From positions 30,591 through 94,590 of the IMG/VR virus record IMGVR_UViG_3300035703_000043: 64,000 nucleotides of DNA; one strand, given 5' to 3'. The notes beneath the pieces were generated by a model, which saw only the letters and a program-made list of their open reading frames with translations, was not told the origin of the DNA and did no database searches. The position numbers and the translations under genes were made by a program. Position 1 is the stretch's first letter. Every line of letters begins with the position of its first letter. The stretch comes from a virus. Taxonomy: Duplodnaviria; Caudoviricetes. Shown here piece by piece: positions 50,202 through 58,672 of the stretch.

Positions 50202-52074
50202 ATTGATTGATTTTTGTTTGGATACAGAAAATCCAGAAAAAAATTATAAATTAGCTCAGTGGTATGAAAAACAAAATCATACCGCATCAGCACACGTTTA
50301 TTATTTTAGAACAGCAGAAAGAACTGATGATAAAGATTTTGCATATACTTCACTTCTTCGTTCTTCTATTTGTTATAAAAGTCAAGGAAAACGAGATGCG
50401 ACTGAAAAATTATTAATTCATGCTGCTTTATCTTACTTACCCGAAAGATCAGAAGCATATTACTTACTTTCTTTATTTTATGAGAAAAAAGAAGAATGGG
50501 ATCAATGTTATTTGTATGCAGATTTTGGATTAAAGTGTTATGAAAATGAGATTGAATCAATAGATTTGCCAGAATATCAAGGAAAGTACGCACTTATTTG
50601 CCAAAAAGCAATTGCCTCATGGTGGTGGGGAAGAGGGGAAGAAAGTAAAAAACTTTTTCAGTTACTTAAAGATGAATATTGGAATGTGATGAACAGTGAT
50701 TATAAAAATCTTGTGAATGAAAAGATGAATGCTTTTTTTGGAATTTCTAATAATGTGGAAAGAGAATATACTAAAAAAACAATAAATCTTAATAATTCAA
50801 TTTTGGATGTATATGAAATGAAGGAGAACAAAAGTGAAGAAGTCGTGGAACCAAATACAATAAGAAAAAAAATAGGTTTTGATGTTGGAGCATGTGTTGG
50901 TGAAACAATCTCTAAATTTGATGGGTTTGATAAAATCTATGCATTTGAACCAGCTCCTTATGTATTTAATATTCTTGTTGAAAAACATAAAAATGATCCA
51001 AGAATTGAATTTTATGAGATGGCAATATCTGATGAAAATGGGGTAAAATCTCTAAAGTATCATGACAATTATGGTTATTCTTCATTTTTAGAAATTGATA
51101 AAGAAGGAGAATTTGCAAAAAAATGTCAAGAGATTGATCCGGGGTTTGATAATATCATATCAATAATTGATGTTCAAACGAAAAGGATTGATACTTTTAT
51201 GCAAGAACATTGCATTGAACATATAGATTTTCTCAAAATAGATACACAAGGAAATGATTTAAATGTAATTAAATCTCTTGGTAAAATGATCGATAAAGTT
51301 GATACTATAGAATTGGAAGTTCAGATTAAACCTTTGTATAAAAATTCAAGTTCTAAAGAAGAAATTGTAGATTTTATGCAAAAAAATAATTTTGATCTCA
51401 TATCAAAAGAAGCAAATAATTTTTTACTAAAAGAATATGAAGAACGACTAACTTTTAAGCAAAAAAAAGATAAATCTTGTTTTTCTATTAATGAATATAA
51501 AAAATCAACTTCTTGGATTGTAGATAATTTTTATGATAATCCTGATGAGATTCGTAAATTTGCTTTAGAGCAAGAATTTGGAGATGAAAGTGTAATTACT
51601 GGATTTGTTGGAAGAAGAACATTTAATCAATTTTTATTTCCCGGATTAAAAGAAGCATTTGAATCTGTGATGGGTAAAAAAATCACAAAGTGGGAAGAAC
51701 ACGGAATGAATGGAAGATTCCAAATCTGTTGGTCTGGGGAAAGATTAGTCTATCATTGCGATGAACAAATGTGGGGAGGTATGATTTACCTTACACCAAA
51801 TGCTCCATATCAATGTGGAACTACATTATATGCTGATAAGAAAAATAGAGCAAGAACTTATTATGACCCAGGATGGGATGAATATTGGGCTAATACTCCA
51901 GGAGATTGTCATTTAGACAGAACACCATTTGAACCAGTAGATGTCCTTGGTAATGTTTATAATCGTCTTGTAATCTTTGATGCAAGTTGCATTCATTCTG
52001 CCTCAGAATACTTTGGAACTAATAAAGAAAACGCAAGACTATGGCAAATGTTTTTCTTTGATACGGAGGATTGA
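50194..52074 (+). CDS. Fusion: TPR domain + FkbM-family methyltransferase + 2OG-Fe(II)-like domain
   Basis: TPR helices; FDVGACVG, YAFEP and LKIDTQG; IVDNFYDNPD, HCD and NRLVIFDA..HSA. Confidence 0.8.
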   Translation: MTELIDFCLDTENPEKNYKLAQWYEKQNHTASAHVYYFRTAERTDDKDFAYTSLLRSSICYKSQGKRDATEKLLIHAALSYLPERSEAYYLLSLFYEKKEEWDQCYLYADFGLKCYENEIESIDLPEYQGKYALICQKAIASWWWGRGEESKKLFQLLKDEYWNVMNSDYKNLVNEKMNAFFGISNNVEREYTKKTINLNNSILDVYEMKENKSEEVVEPNTIRKKIGFDVGACVGETISKFDGFDKIYAFEPAPYVFNILVEKHKNDPRIEFYEMAISDENGVKSLKYHDNYGYSSFLEIDKEGEFAKKCQEIDPGFDNIISIIDVQTKRIDTFMQEHCIEHIDFLKIDTQGNDLNVIKSLGKMIDKVDTIELEVQIKPLYKNSSSKEEIVDFMQKNNFDLISKEANNFLLKEYEERLTFKQKKDKSCFSINEYKKSTSWIVDNFYDNPDEIRKFALEQEFGDESVITGFVGRRTFNQFLFPGLKEAFESVMGKKITKWEEHGMNGRFQICWSGERLVYHCDEQMWGGMIYLTPNAPYQCGTTLYADKKNRARTYYDPGWDEYWANTPGDCHLDRTPFEPVDVLGNVYNRLVIFDASCIHSASEYFGTNKENARLWQMFFFDTED

Positions 52075-52076
52075 TA

Positions 52077-52844
52077 ATGAACGAAAAATTAATAAATTTT
52101 CCCCCAGTTTATTATGTTTCTTTAAGTGATTCTACCGATAGACAACAATCATTTGAAAATCAATTTCGTTTAAATGGAATTCAAAATGTAAAAATGATTG
52201 AAGCATATGATGGCAGAAAGGAGGATTATAAAAATAAACCCGATATTGTTGATGGTCTTCATTTTGGGTCTATGGATTCTGGTGCAATTGCTGCTACAAT
52301 TTCCCATTTAAAAGCAATTTCAGAGTGGTATTATAATTCAGAATCTGATTATGCAATCTTTTTTGAAGATGATATAACAATTGACTCTGTAAATGATTGG
52401 GATTTTAATTGGAATGACTTTGTAAGTATATTTCCCGAAAATTGGAAAGCAATTCAATTATCTTTGATTAAAGATGATATCACAGAAGATGATATGAAAT
52501 TAAATCAAAGGGTATGGTGGAATTGGTCTGCTGGAAGTTATTTGATTCGGAGGAATTATGCAAAAGAATTGATTGATTATTTTTATCAAAATGACAAATA
52601 TTATTTAAAAATCAAAGGAGATGATAATGCAATTCCTTGCATAGAACATTGTTTATTTTCTTTAGCATGTGAGAACGCATATACAATTCCTTTATTTTAT
52701 GAAAATATAAATTTTGTTTCTACATTTTATCAATATTTTATTCAGAATACCCATAAAGATCATCAAATTGAATCTTCAAATTATGTTCGTTATTGGTGGA
52801 AAATAAAAGGGAAAGAATTATCTTTAAATTATTTGAAGTTATAA
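52077..52844 (+). CDS. GT25-family glycosyltransferase
   Basis: YYVSL...DR, EAYDG, GAIAATISHLKA, AIFFEDD; GGAGGA RBS before ATG 52077. Confidence 0.8.
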   Translation: MNEKLINFPPVYYVSLSDSTDRQQSFENQFRLNGIQNVKMIEAYDGRKEDYKNKPDIVDGLHFGSMDSGAIAATISHLKAISEWYYNSESDYAIFFEDDITIDSVNDWDFNWNDFVSIFPENWKAIQLSLIKDDITEDDMKLNQRVWWNWSAGSYLIRRNYAKELIDYFYQNDKYYLKIKGDDNAIPCIEHCLFSLACENAYTIPLFYENINFVSTFYQYFIQNTHKDHQIESSNYVRYWWKIKGKELSLNYLKL

Positions 52845-52868
52845 TTTATCTTCAAACCCAACAGAGTG

Positions 52869-52897
52869 ATTTTAGTTAAATTTTTACATCTTGTCAA
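52869..52897 (-). promoter_or_regulatory. Sigma70-type promoter TTGACA-17-TAAAAT on the minus strand (antisense to the GT25 gene)
   Basis: Plus strand reads ATTTTA (52869-74) ... TGTCAA (52892-97) with a 17-nt spacer. Confidence 0.6.
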
Positions 52898-52900
52898 CAC

Positions 52901-52929
52901 TTGACACTTAAAAGTTGTTAATGTATGAT
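52901..52929 (+). promoter_or_regulatory. Sigma70-type early promoter TTGACA-17-TATGAT
   Basis: ttgaca cttaaaagttgttaatg tatgat. Confidence 0.8.
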
Positions 52930-52934
52930 GAAAA

Positions 52935-53031
52935 GGTCTTCGCAACTTTGTAGCTTTGAGTTGCAAGACTCGTCCTGTGGTGGGGACGGTTTAACTGGTG
53001 GAACAACGGGGGTCTCTGACCCCTTTTTTTT
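52935..53031 (+). ncRNA. Candidate structured small RNA or leader of about 97 nt
   Basis: Promoter upstream; stems GTCTT/AAGAC plus GCAACT/AGTTGC, and CGTCC/GGACG; terminator GGGGTC-TCT-GACCCC-T8; GC-rich against background. Confidence 0.6.
53009..53031 (+). terminator. Rho-independent terminator
   Basis: GGGGTC tct GACCCC followed by 8 T. Confidence 0.75.
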
Positions 53032-53065
53032 CTGCTATGATGAATGGAGTTCAAAAGCAAACCAG

Positions 53066-55255
53066 ATGTCGGTAAATCTAGAAGTTAAAGGAATGCTGGC
53101 TAAATGCCTTGCGATGGAAAATATTATCATTGAGCATAAAAAAGTTCCAACTGCTATGTTTGATGTTGAACGTAGGGTATTGACTTTGCCGACTTGGGAC
53201 AAAGCAAGTGATACGGTATATACACTTTTGGTTGCCCACGAAGTGGGCCATAGTTTGCATACCGATAATATTGACTGGACAAAAGATTACCCAGAAGTTC
53301 CTAAAGACTTTGTAAATGTTCTGGAAGATGTTCGTGTTGAACGTCTGATGAAGAAAAAGTATCCTGGTCTTTCTCGGACTTTCTACAATGGTTATAATGA
53401 ACTCAACAACGATGATTTCTTCTCCACCAAAGATGAGAAACTGGATGATTTGAGTTTTATTGACCGAATCAATCTCTACTTCAAGATTGGTGCATTTCAC
53501 AACATTGCTTTCAATGATGAGGAGAATGAATTTCTGACTCGTGCTTCTCTTACTGAAACTTTTGATGAAGTACTGCAACTTTCAAGAGAAATTGTTGAGT
53601 TTGTGAAATACAAACGTCAAAAAATCAGCAATATGCCCACTCCTGGTGGTGGTGAAGAAATGTCTGGTCCTGGTGGAGAAGAAGTAGAAACTCCTCAACA
53701 AACGTCGTCATCTGAAGATGGTGATAGTTCTAATGGAAAGAACAAAACTGAACTGGAGCAAGACTCACAGGGACAATCTCAATCTGAAGGTGAATCTTTC
53801 GGTGAAGAAATGTCTAAGTCTATTGAAGCACCAGAGGGTGGTGGATATGGTCAAGACCCAAGTGATAAGCACGGAAAAACTCTTGAAGATGAACTAAAAT
53901 CCAAAACTTCTCGTTCTTTTGATGAAAAGTCTAAAGATTTGGTGGATAAGTATGCTCAAGAAACTCATTATGTGGAACTTCCCAAAATGAATCTTGAGAC
54001 AATGATTATTCCCAATAATTATATTCATTATAAAGCAAAAGAGCATTATGCAAGTGTTGGTTCTTGGGTTCGTGATGCTTATGATATTGCTTGTAAGGAA
54101 TATAATACCTACAAGAAATCAGCAGAGAAAGAAGTTTCTTATCTGGTAAAGGAGTTTGAGTGCAAGAAATCTGCCGATCAGTATGCTCGTTCTAGTGTTG
54201 CTAGAACTGGTGTTCTTGATACGCAGAAACTTCATACTTACAAGTTTAACGAAGACTTGTTTAAGAAAGTTTCTGTAGTCCCTGATGGCAAGAATCACGG
54301 TCTTATTTTCATTCTTGACTGGTCTGGTTCAATGGGTGAATTCATTCTGGATGCATACAAGCAACTTCTAAATCTCATTTGGTTCTGCCGTAAGGTGAAT
54401 ATTCCTTTTGAGGTTTATGCTTTTACTCTTGATTGTCATTCTTATGCGGAACTGCAACCAAATCATCCTCCTGTCTATGAAAGGGTTGAGAATGTTCTAT
54501 CACCTGAGAATTCTTTCCGTTTGATGAACTTCTTCACCAGCAAAACAAATACTCGTGTTCTTGAAGAACAACTGAAAAATATTTGGGTTGCTTGTTACTT
54601 CTTTCAAAAGCAAATGGGTTCTGTTCCTCGTCATCTTGACCTTTCTGGTTCTCCTATTGGGGAATCTTTGATGGCACTACACTCTTTGATTCCTGATTTC
54701 CAGGCAAAAAATAAACTACAGAAGGTCAATGTCATCTTTCTGACTGATGGTGAGGGGTATCAGAATTCTGTGACAACTGAAAGAAAACTTGGAGATGGTA
54801 CAACCAGAATTGGTCATACCAAACACTCTCGGACTTCAATTCGTGATCGTAAGACTGGTAGAATCTATCAACCTTTGAATTACGATAACTTCCCTTTGTA
54901 TGCTAAAGTTCTTCTTCAAACAGTCAAAGATAAATTCCCTATGGTGAATGTGATTAACTTCCGTATCACTCCCAGTCGTGATTTTTCAAACTGTTATCGT
55001 TGGTATGGTGGTGGTCAGTCTTCGGAATACGAAAAAATCAAAACTGAATATCGTAAGGAAGGTTGTGTTCAATTCAAGAACACTGGGTTTGACCAATTCA
55101 ATGTAATTGCCTCTACTTCTTTGTCTCAAGATGAAGAGTTCTCTGTTCCTGAAGATGCTTCCAAAGCACAAATCAAAACAGCATTTGTGAAGATGTTGGG
55201 TAAGAAAAAGACCAACAAAAAACTCTTGAGTTCTTTTATTGGTCTTGTTGCCTGA
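53066..55255 (+). CDS. CobT-like protein: HExxH metallopeptidase-like N-terminus plus vWA domain (partner of CobS)
   Basis: AHEVGH, NVLEDVRVE, acidic linker, MIDAS DWSGS, FLTDGEG; likely start ATG 53066 (MSVNLEVKG). Confidence 0.8.
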   Translation: MSVNLEVKGMLAKCLAMENIIIEHKKVPTAMFDVERRVLTLPTWDKASDTVYTLLVAHEVGHSLHTDNIDWTKDYPEVPKDFVNVLEDVRVERLMKKKYPGLSRTFYNGYNELNNDDFFSTKDEKLDDLSFIDRINLYFKIGAFHNIAFNDEENEFLTRASLTETFDEVLQLSREIVEFVKYKRQKISNMPTPGGGEEMSGPGGEEVETPQQTSSSEDGDSSNGKNKTELEQDSQGQSQSEGESFGEEMSKSIEAPEGGGYGQDPSDKHGKTLEDELKSKTSRSFDEKSKDLVDKYAQETHYVELPKMNLETMIIPNNYIHYKAKEHYASVGSWVRDAYDIACKEYNTYKKSAEKEVSYLVKEFECKKSADQYARSSVARTGVLDTQKLHTYKFNEDLFKKVSVVPDGKNHGLIFILDWSGSMGEFILDAYKQLLNLIWFCRKVNIPFEVYAFTLDCHSYAELQPNHPPVYERVENVLSPENSFRLMNFFTSKTNTRVLEEQLKNIWVACYFFQKQMGSVPRHLDLSGSPIGESLMALHSLIPDFQAKNKLQKVNVIFLTDGEGYQNSVTTERKLGDGTTRIGHTKHSRTSIRDRKTGRIYQPLNYDNFPLYAKVLLQTVKDKFPMVNVINFRITPSRDFSNCYRWYGGGQSSEYEKIKTEYRKEGCVQFKNTGFDQFNVIASTSLSQDEEFSVPEDASKAQIKTAFVKMLGKKKTNKKLLSSFIGLVA

Positions 55256-55262
55256 CCACCTG

Positions 55263-55287
55263 GGGGAGTATTTATTACTCCCCTTTT
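55263..55287 (+). terminator. Rho-independent terminator
   Basis: GGGGAGTA-tttat-TACTCCCC-TTTT. Confidence 0.8.
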
Positions 55288-55294
55288 ATAAATA
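55287..55294 (+). promoter_or_regulatory. T4 consensus late promoter TATAAATA
   Basis: Exact consensus, 20 nt upstream of ATG 55315. Confidence 0.8.
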
Positions 55295-55314
55295 CCTAAA
55301 AAGTATCAGTAGAA

Positions 55315-55758
55315 ATGAAAACTTTTAGGGAGTTTATATTGGAGTGTGAGTTGGTTGAGGGTAAAGTAGAGTGGGATAATCCAAAAAGACCACTACAATC
55401 TGGACTAACTCCAAGAGAAAAGAATAGAGCAAAGAGGATTTCTACTAATGTTGAAAATCCAAATAGAGTTTCATTTGGTGGAAAATCTTGGGATCTAAGT
55501 GATAAAGATTATGAGAGATATGGAAAACTAAAAACCGCACACGACGAACAAAAAGATAAAAAAGTTCCAAAAGATAAAATACATCAGTTTAAACAGACAC
55601 GAAATGCCGAAGGAAATCGTGCTGGGACAAGGGGGCAATATAAGAGAAGATGGAAAGACCAAAAAAATCTTCCAAATAACTCAAAACTTTGGAAGCAAGA
55701 TGAAAGACAAAAAGTTTATCATCATAATGATTTGAAAGAACCAAAAGAACGAAAATAA
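55315..55758 (+). CDS. Basic protein with capsid-targeting-like leader (putative internal head protein); paralog of 63424..64000
   Basis: MKTFREFILE..LVE leader; EGKVEWDNPKRPLQSGLTPREKNRA is shared with the 63424 ORF. Confidence 0.7.
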   Translation: MKTFREFILECELVEGKVEWDNPKRPLQSGLTPREKNRAKRISTNVENPNRVSFGGKSWDLSDKDYERYGKLKTAHDEQKDKKVPKDKIHQFKQTRNAEGNRAGTRGQYKRRWKDQKNLPNNSKLWKQDERQKVYHHNDLKEPKERK

Positions 55759-55761
55759 AGT

Positions 55762-55796
55762 GCAGACGTTATCATATAAATAATGATAACGTCTGT
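55762..55796 (+). promoter_or_regulatory. 13-bp perfect hairpin with late promoter (T)ATAAATA in the loop, upstream of the HNH gene
   Basis: CAGACGTTATCAT-ATAAATA-ATGATAACGTCTG. Confidence 0.8.
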
Positions 55797-56253
55797 TTTA
55801 ATCTTTATGGAAAAAGAAGAAAAGAATCGTAAAGAAAGAGAAAGATATAATGCTAAAATAAAGGATGATGTATTCAAAGAGAATAAAAGAAAAAGAGATT
55901 TAGAATACTATCATAAGACAAAAGAAATAAGAGTTGCCAAACAAATTGAAAGAAGAAAAGAACTTTTAAACGAAGCAAAATTATCTTTAGGTGGAAAATG
56001 TATTTGGTGTGGAGCAACTGAAAACCTTGAATTTGACCATATTGATGATTCAAAGAAAGAGAATAATGTGGGAAATGCTGTAAGAAATACAAGAGAAGTT
56101 TTTTGGAATGAAGTTAGTAAGTGTCAATTATTATGTGTAAGTTGTCATAATAAAAGGACTACCGCACAAAAAAGAGCAAAACAAAAACTATGGTTATCAT
56201 TGCCACTTGAAGAACGAGAAAGATTATTGTCGGATGAACTCAAGGACAACTGA
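55783..56253 (+). CDS. HNH endonuclease (free-standing, homing-type); true start may be ATG 55807
   Basis: CIWCG..ENLEFDHID...N...CQLLCVSCHNKRT. Confidence 0.85.
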   Translation: MITSVLIFMEKEEKNRKERERYNAKIKDDVFKENKRKRDLEYYHKTKEIRVAKQIERRKELLNEAKLSLGGKCIWCGATENLEFDHIDDSKKENNVGNAVRNTREVFWNEVSKCQLLCVSCHNKRTTAQKRAKQKLWLSLPLEERERLLSDELKDN

Positions 56254-56300
56254 CCAACTGTCCATTGCGGGCAGACAGGGAACCGAAAATGTCCTATACT
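56244..56300 (+). promoter_or_regulatory. Early-promoter-like element: GGACA-N10-TGTCC inverted repeat about 31 nt upstream of -10 TATACT
   Basis: ggacaactgaccaactgtcc ... tatact upstream of cobS; same architecture at 58673. Confidence 0.55.
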
Positions 56301-56330
56301 GTAAGGGTAGTCAAGACAGACCAACTTATT

Positions 56331-57437
56331 ATGGAAACCGCAATTGAACTGCTGAAGATAAAATTTGGCACAGAGTTTGGTGCAGAAGCAGTTCGTGCTG
56401 TTGCTGATGAACTCGGAACCAGTTATGCAACTCTTTCCAAGAAACTTTCTAACTTTAAAGTTTCTAGGGGGAAGTGGAATCTTGAAATTACTCAAGAAAA
56501 AATTGATGAACTTGAAGAAACCTATGCCTCCCCTTCTGTGGAACCTGTAGCAGTTATGGAAAATGTAAAGCAAAACCTTATTCCTGAAAAAGATGATACC
56601 TTCGTCAGCTTTGGCAACTTTACTGATGTTAAAAAAGTTGTTCAATCTGGGATTTTTTATCCTGTGTTCATCACTGGTCTCTCTGGTAATGGTAAAACTT
56701 TTAGCATTGAGCAATCTTGTGCTCAACTGAAACGAGAACTTATTCGTGTTAATATCACGATTGAGACCGATTCTGATGATTTGCTCGGTGGTTTCCGACT
56801 CGTGAATGGGGAAACTGTGTGGCACAATGGTCCTGTGGTAGAAGCAATGGAACGTGGTGCAATTCTTCTGCTTGATGAGATTGACCTGGCATCTAATAAG
56901 ATTATGTGTCTGCAATCTGTCCTGGAAGGCAAAGGTGTCTTTCTGAAGAAGATTGGTAAGCACGTTGTTCCTAAAGCAGGTTTCAATGTGATTGCAACTG
57001 CAAACACAAAAGGTAAAGGTTCTGATGATGGTCGTTTTATCGGCACCAACGTGCTGAATGAGGCATTCCTGGAAAGATTTCCGATTACCTTTGAGCAGGA
57101 TTATCCTACTCTTGCAACAGAGACTAAAATCTTGACAAAGGTTGCAGAATCACTTAACATTCCTATGATTGGTGAGCATACTGATTTCGTCAAACACCTT
57201 TGCACTTGGTCTGAGATTATTCGTAAGACCTTTAACGATGGTGGTATTGATGAAGTCATCAGCACTCGTCGTCTTGTTCATATCATCAAGGCATATTCTA
57301 TCTTCGGTAAGAAGGACAAAGCAATCAAGGTTTGTCTGAATCGTTTTGATGATGAAACCAAAACAACTTTCATTGAGTTGTATGATAAGATTGATGCTGA
57401 ATTTCAGCAAAATCAAACGCAAGATGTTCCTTTTTGA
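56331..57437 (+). CDS. cobS: CobS/MoxR-type AAA+ ATPase
   Basis: Walker A GLSGNGKT, Walker B LLLDEID, ATANTKGKG, NEAFLERF, STRRL; likely start ATG 56331. Confidence 0.88.
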   Translation: METAIELLKIKFGTEFGAEAVRAVADELGTSYATLSKKLSNFKVSRGKWNLEITQEKIDELEETYASPSVEPVAVMENVKQNLIPEKDDTFVSFGNFTDVKKVVQSGIFYPVFITGLSGNGKTFSIEQSCAQLKRELIRVNITIETDSDDLLGGFRLVNGETVWHNGPVVEAMERGAILLLDEIDLASNKIMCLQSVLEGKGVFLKKIGKHVVPKAGFNVIATANTKGKGSDDGRFIGTNVLNEAFLERFPITFEQDYPTLATETKILTKVAESLNIPMIGEHTDFVKHLCTWSEIIRKTFNDGGIDEVISTRRLVHIIKAYSIFGKKDKAIKVCLNRFDDETKTTFIELYDKIDAEFQQNQTQDVPF

Positions 57438-57487
57438 GGGCATCTTGCCTATATAAGAACAAATCCTCTAATCCCCCACTGATTCCT

Positions 57488-57616
57488 ATGACTTCACTTT
57501 TTTTGGAAAAAGATTCGGATACAATCTATGAAGATTTTCAAGATATAACTGAAGATAATCAAGAGGAAGAATATAGAGAAGATAGAATGGATCAAATGAT
57601 TTCTAAGTATGGTTGA
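57488..57616 (+). CDS. Small acidic hypothetical protein
   Basis: MTSLFLEKDSDTIYEDFQDITEDNQEEEYREDRMDQMISKYG. Confidence 0.5.
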   Translation: MTSLFLEKDSDTIYEDFQDITEDNQEEEYREDRMDQMISKYG

Positions 57617-57627
57617 TAGGAGGTCTT

Positions 57628-57768
57628 ATGATTCAAGAAATGGAAGAGATTATTAAAAACAATCATATAGAAGATCTAAAAGAGTTTGCCACTTATCTTG
57701 GTATAGATTTTGAAGATTACTTGGAGTTTTTACATCCAGATGTAGATTTTGACGATTACTCAAGATGA
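57628..57768 (+). CDS. 46-aa acidic hypothetical protein (not in ORF track)
   Basis: GGAGG RBS; MIQEMEEIIKNNHIEDLKEFATYLGIDFEDYLEFLHPDVDFDDYSR. Confidence 0.6.
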   Translation: MIQEMEEIIKNNHIEDLKEFATYLGIDFEDYLEFLHPDVDFDDYSR

Positions 57769-57938
57769 CACAAGAACATGAAATTGACGGATATGTCAGT
57801 CCGAACAGAATGTGGGCAGCAGTTCCTTGGGTAAATGGAAAATATATTTCCATTTACAATGGGCAACAAATCTGTGTTCATCATAGTTTAGAAACTGCTA
57901 AAAAATTTATTCAAAGAGAAACCAGAAAAAGAAAATGA
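57765..57938 (+). CDS. 57-aa hypothetical protein (not in ORF track)
   Basis: ATGA coupling at both ends; MTQEHEIDGYVSPNRMWAAVPWVNGKYISIYNGQQICVHHSLETAKKFIQRETRKRK. Confidence 0.65.
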   Translation: MTQEHEIDGYVSPNRMWAAVPWVNGKYISIYNGQQICVHHSLETAKKFIQRETRKRK

Positions 57939-58183
57939 TTTTATCTATTGATGAAATAAAACAAGAAGATGATTTGGTTTTCATAAGAGCAGTTGTAGAA
58001 GACGTTGTGCAAACTTATTCTCAGACATATTATGAACCTGCAGAATATGGTCCAGCATTATGTGAGGCATCGTTTTATCTGGATGAAGATGATCAACTCC
58101 CAAAAATTGAAGAACAACTTTTAGAATACTTAAATAGTTTGGACATTTCTTGGGAAGTTCTTCCTAAAGATTGGGATTATTAA
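57935..58183 (+). CDS. Hypothetical acidic protein
   Basis: Coupled ORF; EPAEYGPALC motif. Confidence 0.65.
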   Translation: MILSIDEIKQEDDLVFIRAVVEDVVQTYSQTYYEPAEYGPALCEASFYLDEDDQLPKIEEQLLEYLNSLDISWEVLPKDWDY

Positions 58184-58207
58184 AATAAAAATTGTTTCAT
58201 CGCATAA

Positions 58208-58450
58208 ATGAATTACTATTACGTTTCTTTCATTATATTTGCAATAGTTGCCTATCTTATAGTAACAGATAATAGTATTGCTACTGCTTTTAATTATGTG
58301 ATGAAACTAATTCGTTTTGATTTTGAAAAAATTAAATGGTGGATACAATATTCTCCTGATAATTTAATTGTTCGTTTATTGATTCGTAGAAGATCTATGA
58401 AGATGGCAAGGGAACTTATGAAAGAGTTTGAAGAAAAAGAAAAAAAATAA
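58208..58450 (+). CDS. Hypothetical protein with N-terminal hydrophobic helix
   Basis: YVSFIIFAIVAYLIV. Confidence 0.6.
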   Translation: MNYYYVSFIIFAIVAYLIVTDNSIATAFNYVMKLIRFDFEKIKWWIQYSPDNLIVRLLIRRRSMKMARELMKEFEEKEKK

Positions 58451-58492
58451 TGTCTTACTGGTCCTTTTAATAAATAAAAGAAAAGGTTTAAG

Positions 58493-58672
58493 ATGAAAAC
58501 TTTTCAGAGTTTTTTAGAGCAAGCAGAAGAAGCAGAAAAAAAAATTCTTGCGGATAAAAAACGTTCTGCTGATTATACTAAAGCACAAATTCGTGCTGGT
58601 ATGAGACATAGACTGCACGTTCACAATGAGTTAGAACAAAGACAAGAAACAGAAAAAAGAAATATGATGTAA
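58493..58672 (+). CDS. 59-aa protein with capsid-targeting-like leader (not in ORF track)
   Basis: MKTFQSFLEQAEEAEKK...; AATAAATA late promoter at 58469-58476. Confidence 0.65.
   Translation: MKTFQSFLEQAEEAEKKILADKKRSADYTKAQIRAGMRHRLHVHNELEQRQETEKRNMM

Noticed and set aside
52994-53001. Chi-like sequence ACTGGTGG
   Set aside because: One mismatch to E. coli Chi (GCTGGTGG) and no reason to expect that Chi in this host; better explained as part of the candidate RNA
52925-53065. 47-aa N-terminal extension of the CobT-like ORF
   Set aside because: It overlaps a promoter, stem-loops and a terminator; ATG 53066 is the more plausible start
56331-57437. Cobalamin biosynthesis role for cobS
   Set aside because: No cobN or other B12 genes here; a MoxR-type ATPase/vWA chaperone pair is the safer reading
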